The notes under the pieces: generated by a model | What the model saw: only the letters and a program-made list of their open reading frames with translations | Told to the model about the DNA's origin: nothing | The model's database searches: none | Origin: Alphaproteobacteria bacterium | GTDB lineage: Bacteria; Pseudomonadota; Alphaproteobacteria; Rs-D84 | Length of the DNA: 39,045 nt | Assembly (NCBI GenBank): GCA_031549365.1 | Contig: JAVBPX010000013.1 | Coordinates: 1-39,045, forward strand | Direction: 5' to 3' | Made by a program: the position numbers and the translations under genes | Shown: positions 38,212 through 39,045 of the stretch, in pieces | Layout: each line of letters begins with the position of its first letter | Position numbering within the stretch: position 1 is the stretch's first letter

Positions 38212-38684
38212 GCGTAAAAATACGTCGAGTTTTCGGGATTGATCCTGGGTTGATTCATACAGGATGGGCCGTGATTGATGTCGAAGGGTCGCGACGCGTT
38301 TATGTTGCTAGCGGTGTGATTTTACCAAAAGCAAAAGACGAATTATCAAATCGTTTATTGGTTATTTTTAATAGCGTGCGTGAATTAATTCGACAATATG
38401 CTCCGGATGAAGTTGCGATTGAATATACTTTCGTTAATAAAAATCCAACGACAACATTAATTTTGGGACATGCCAGGGCGGCCGGGATGTTGGCCGCCGC
38501 TGTGGAGGGTAAGCCCGTGTTTGAGTATGAGCCGAATTTAATTAAAAAAACAATTGTTGGGTATGGGCATGCGGACAAAGATCAAGTATTGCGTATGATT
38601 AATTTATTGTTGCCAAAGGCGTTGCCCAAGACGGCGGATGAGGCAGATGCCATAGCAATCGCCTTGACGAGAGCCGCATTTTAA
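38208..38684 (+). CDS. ruvC: Holliday junction resolvase RuvC
   Basis: GIDPG..TGW, VAIE..F, LGHARA, GYGHADKDQV, DEADAIAIAL. Confidence 0.97.
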   Translation: MSVKIRRVFGIDPGLIHTGWAVIDVEGSRRVYVASGVILPKAKDELSNRLLVIFNSVRELIRQYAPDEVAIEYTFVNKNPTTTLILGHARAAGMLAAAVEGKPVFEYEPNLIKKTIVGYGHADKDQVLRMINLLLPKALPKTADEADAIAIALTRAAF

Positions 38685-38722
38685 AACATTTGAAAATGTG
38701 CCCTTGGGCGTATTGCTCGTTT

Positions 38723-39044
38723 TTTCGCCGAGATAAAGATTGTCGCAGGGACGTGATTCCCGAGGGATGACAATAAAAAATTGCTGTTGCAACGTTTGTT
38801 TTACTGGATTCTTTCGGCAAAGCCTCAGGATGACCAGGGGTTTGGGAGGATTTTAATTGTGGTTATTGTTTTTATTTCCCCCTCTCTATAAAACATGATG
38901 ATCGAAGATCATATGTTTTATTATCTCTCCCCGGAGGGGCGAGATGGGTAGTGTTTTTATTTTCTCCCGCACCACTCAACCACGACAAATAATTGTCGGG
39001 TTTTAATTGCAATGATCCGTCTGCACGTTGTTTCGCCGAGATAA
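38723..39044 (+). repeat. Mosaic repeat cluster including copy 2 of the 135-bp repeat
   Basis: 38723-38772 resembles 124-170; 38777-38839 resembles 22572-22637; 38878-38945 resembles 36785-36851; 38910-39044 matches 1-135. Confidence 0.9.
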
Positions 39045-39045
39045 T

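Noticed and set aside
1-39045. Circular element, prophage or island suggested by terminal direct repeats
   Set aside because: The repeats are not identical, the content is essential housekeeping genes, and no integrase, replication or phage genes are seen

Overview
AT-rich chromosomal segment of an Alphaproteobacterium, probably from a divergent, host-associated or reduced-genome lineage (inferred from the Cys-free bL36, YidC, YfgM/BamB and gene content). It is mostly housekeeping genes: rimP-nusA-orf-infB, der, lspA-yidC, mreC-mreD-mrdA-rodA, rpmJ (missing from the ORF track), an OmpA lipoprotein, recR-rsmA, zapA, rph-yfgM-bamB, ruvA and yebC-ruvC. Accessory genes are a lipoprotein-CYTH-HhH glycosylase trio, an MFS transporter, Yip1, DedA and several orphans. 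Three things stand out. (1) A ~130-bp structured palindrome family, nine copies, with covarying stems and conserved loops. It starts on or overlaps the stop codon of eight different plus-strand genes, often where a conserved operon is broken. (2) At least three more families of short REP-like hairpins, all in one orientation, clustered in mosaics; two copies lie in-frame inside genes. (3) A translationally coupled array of five paralogous VirB6/TrbL-like membrane proteins, three with an N-terminal CxxC, with no other recognisable T4SS gene in the window, divergent from a 760-aa orphan. No rRNA, tRNA, CRISPR array, integrase or transposase was recognised. All calls are by eye, without database searches.
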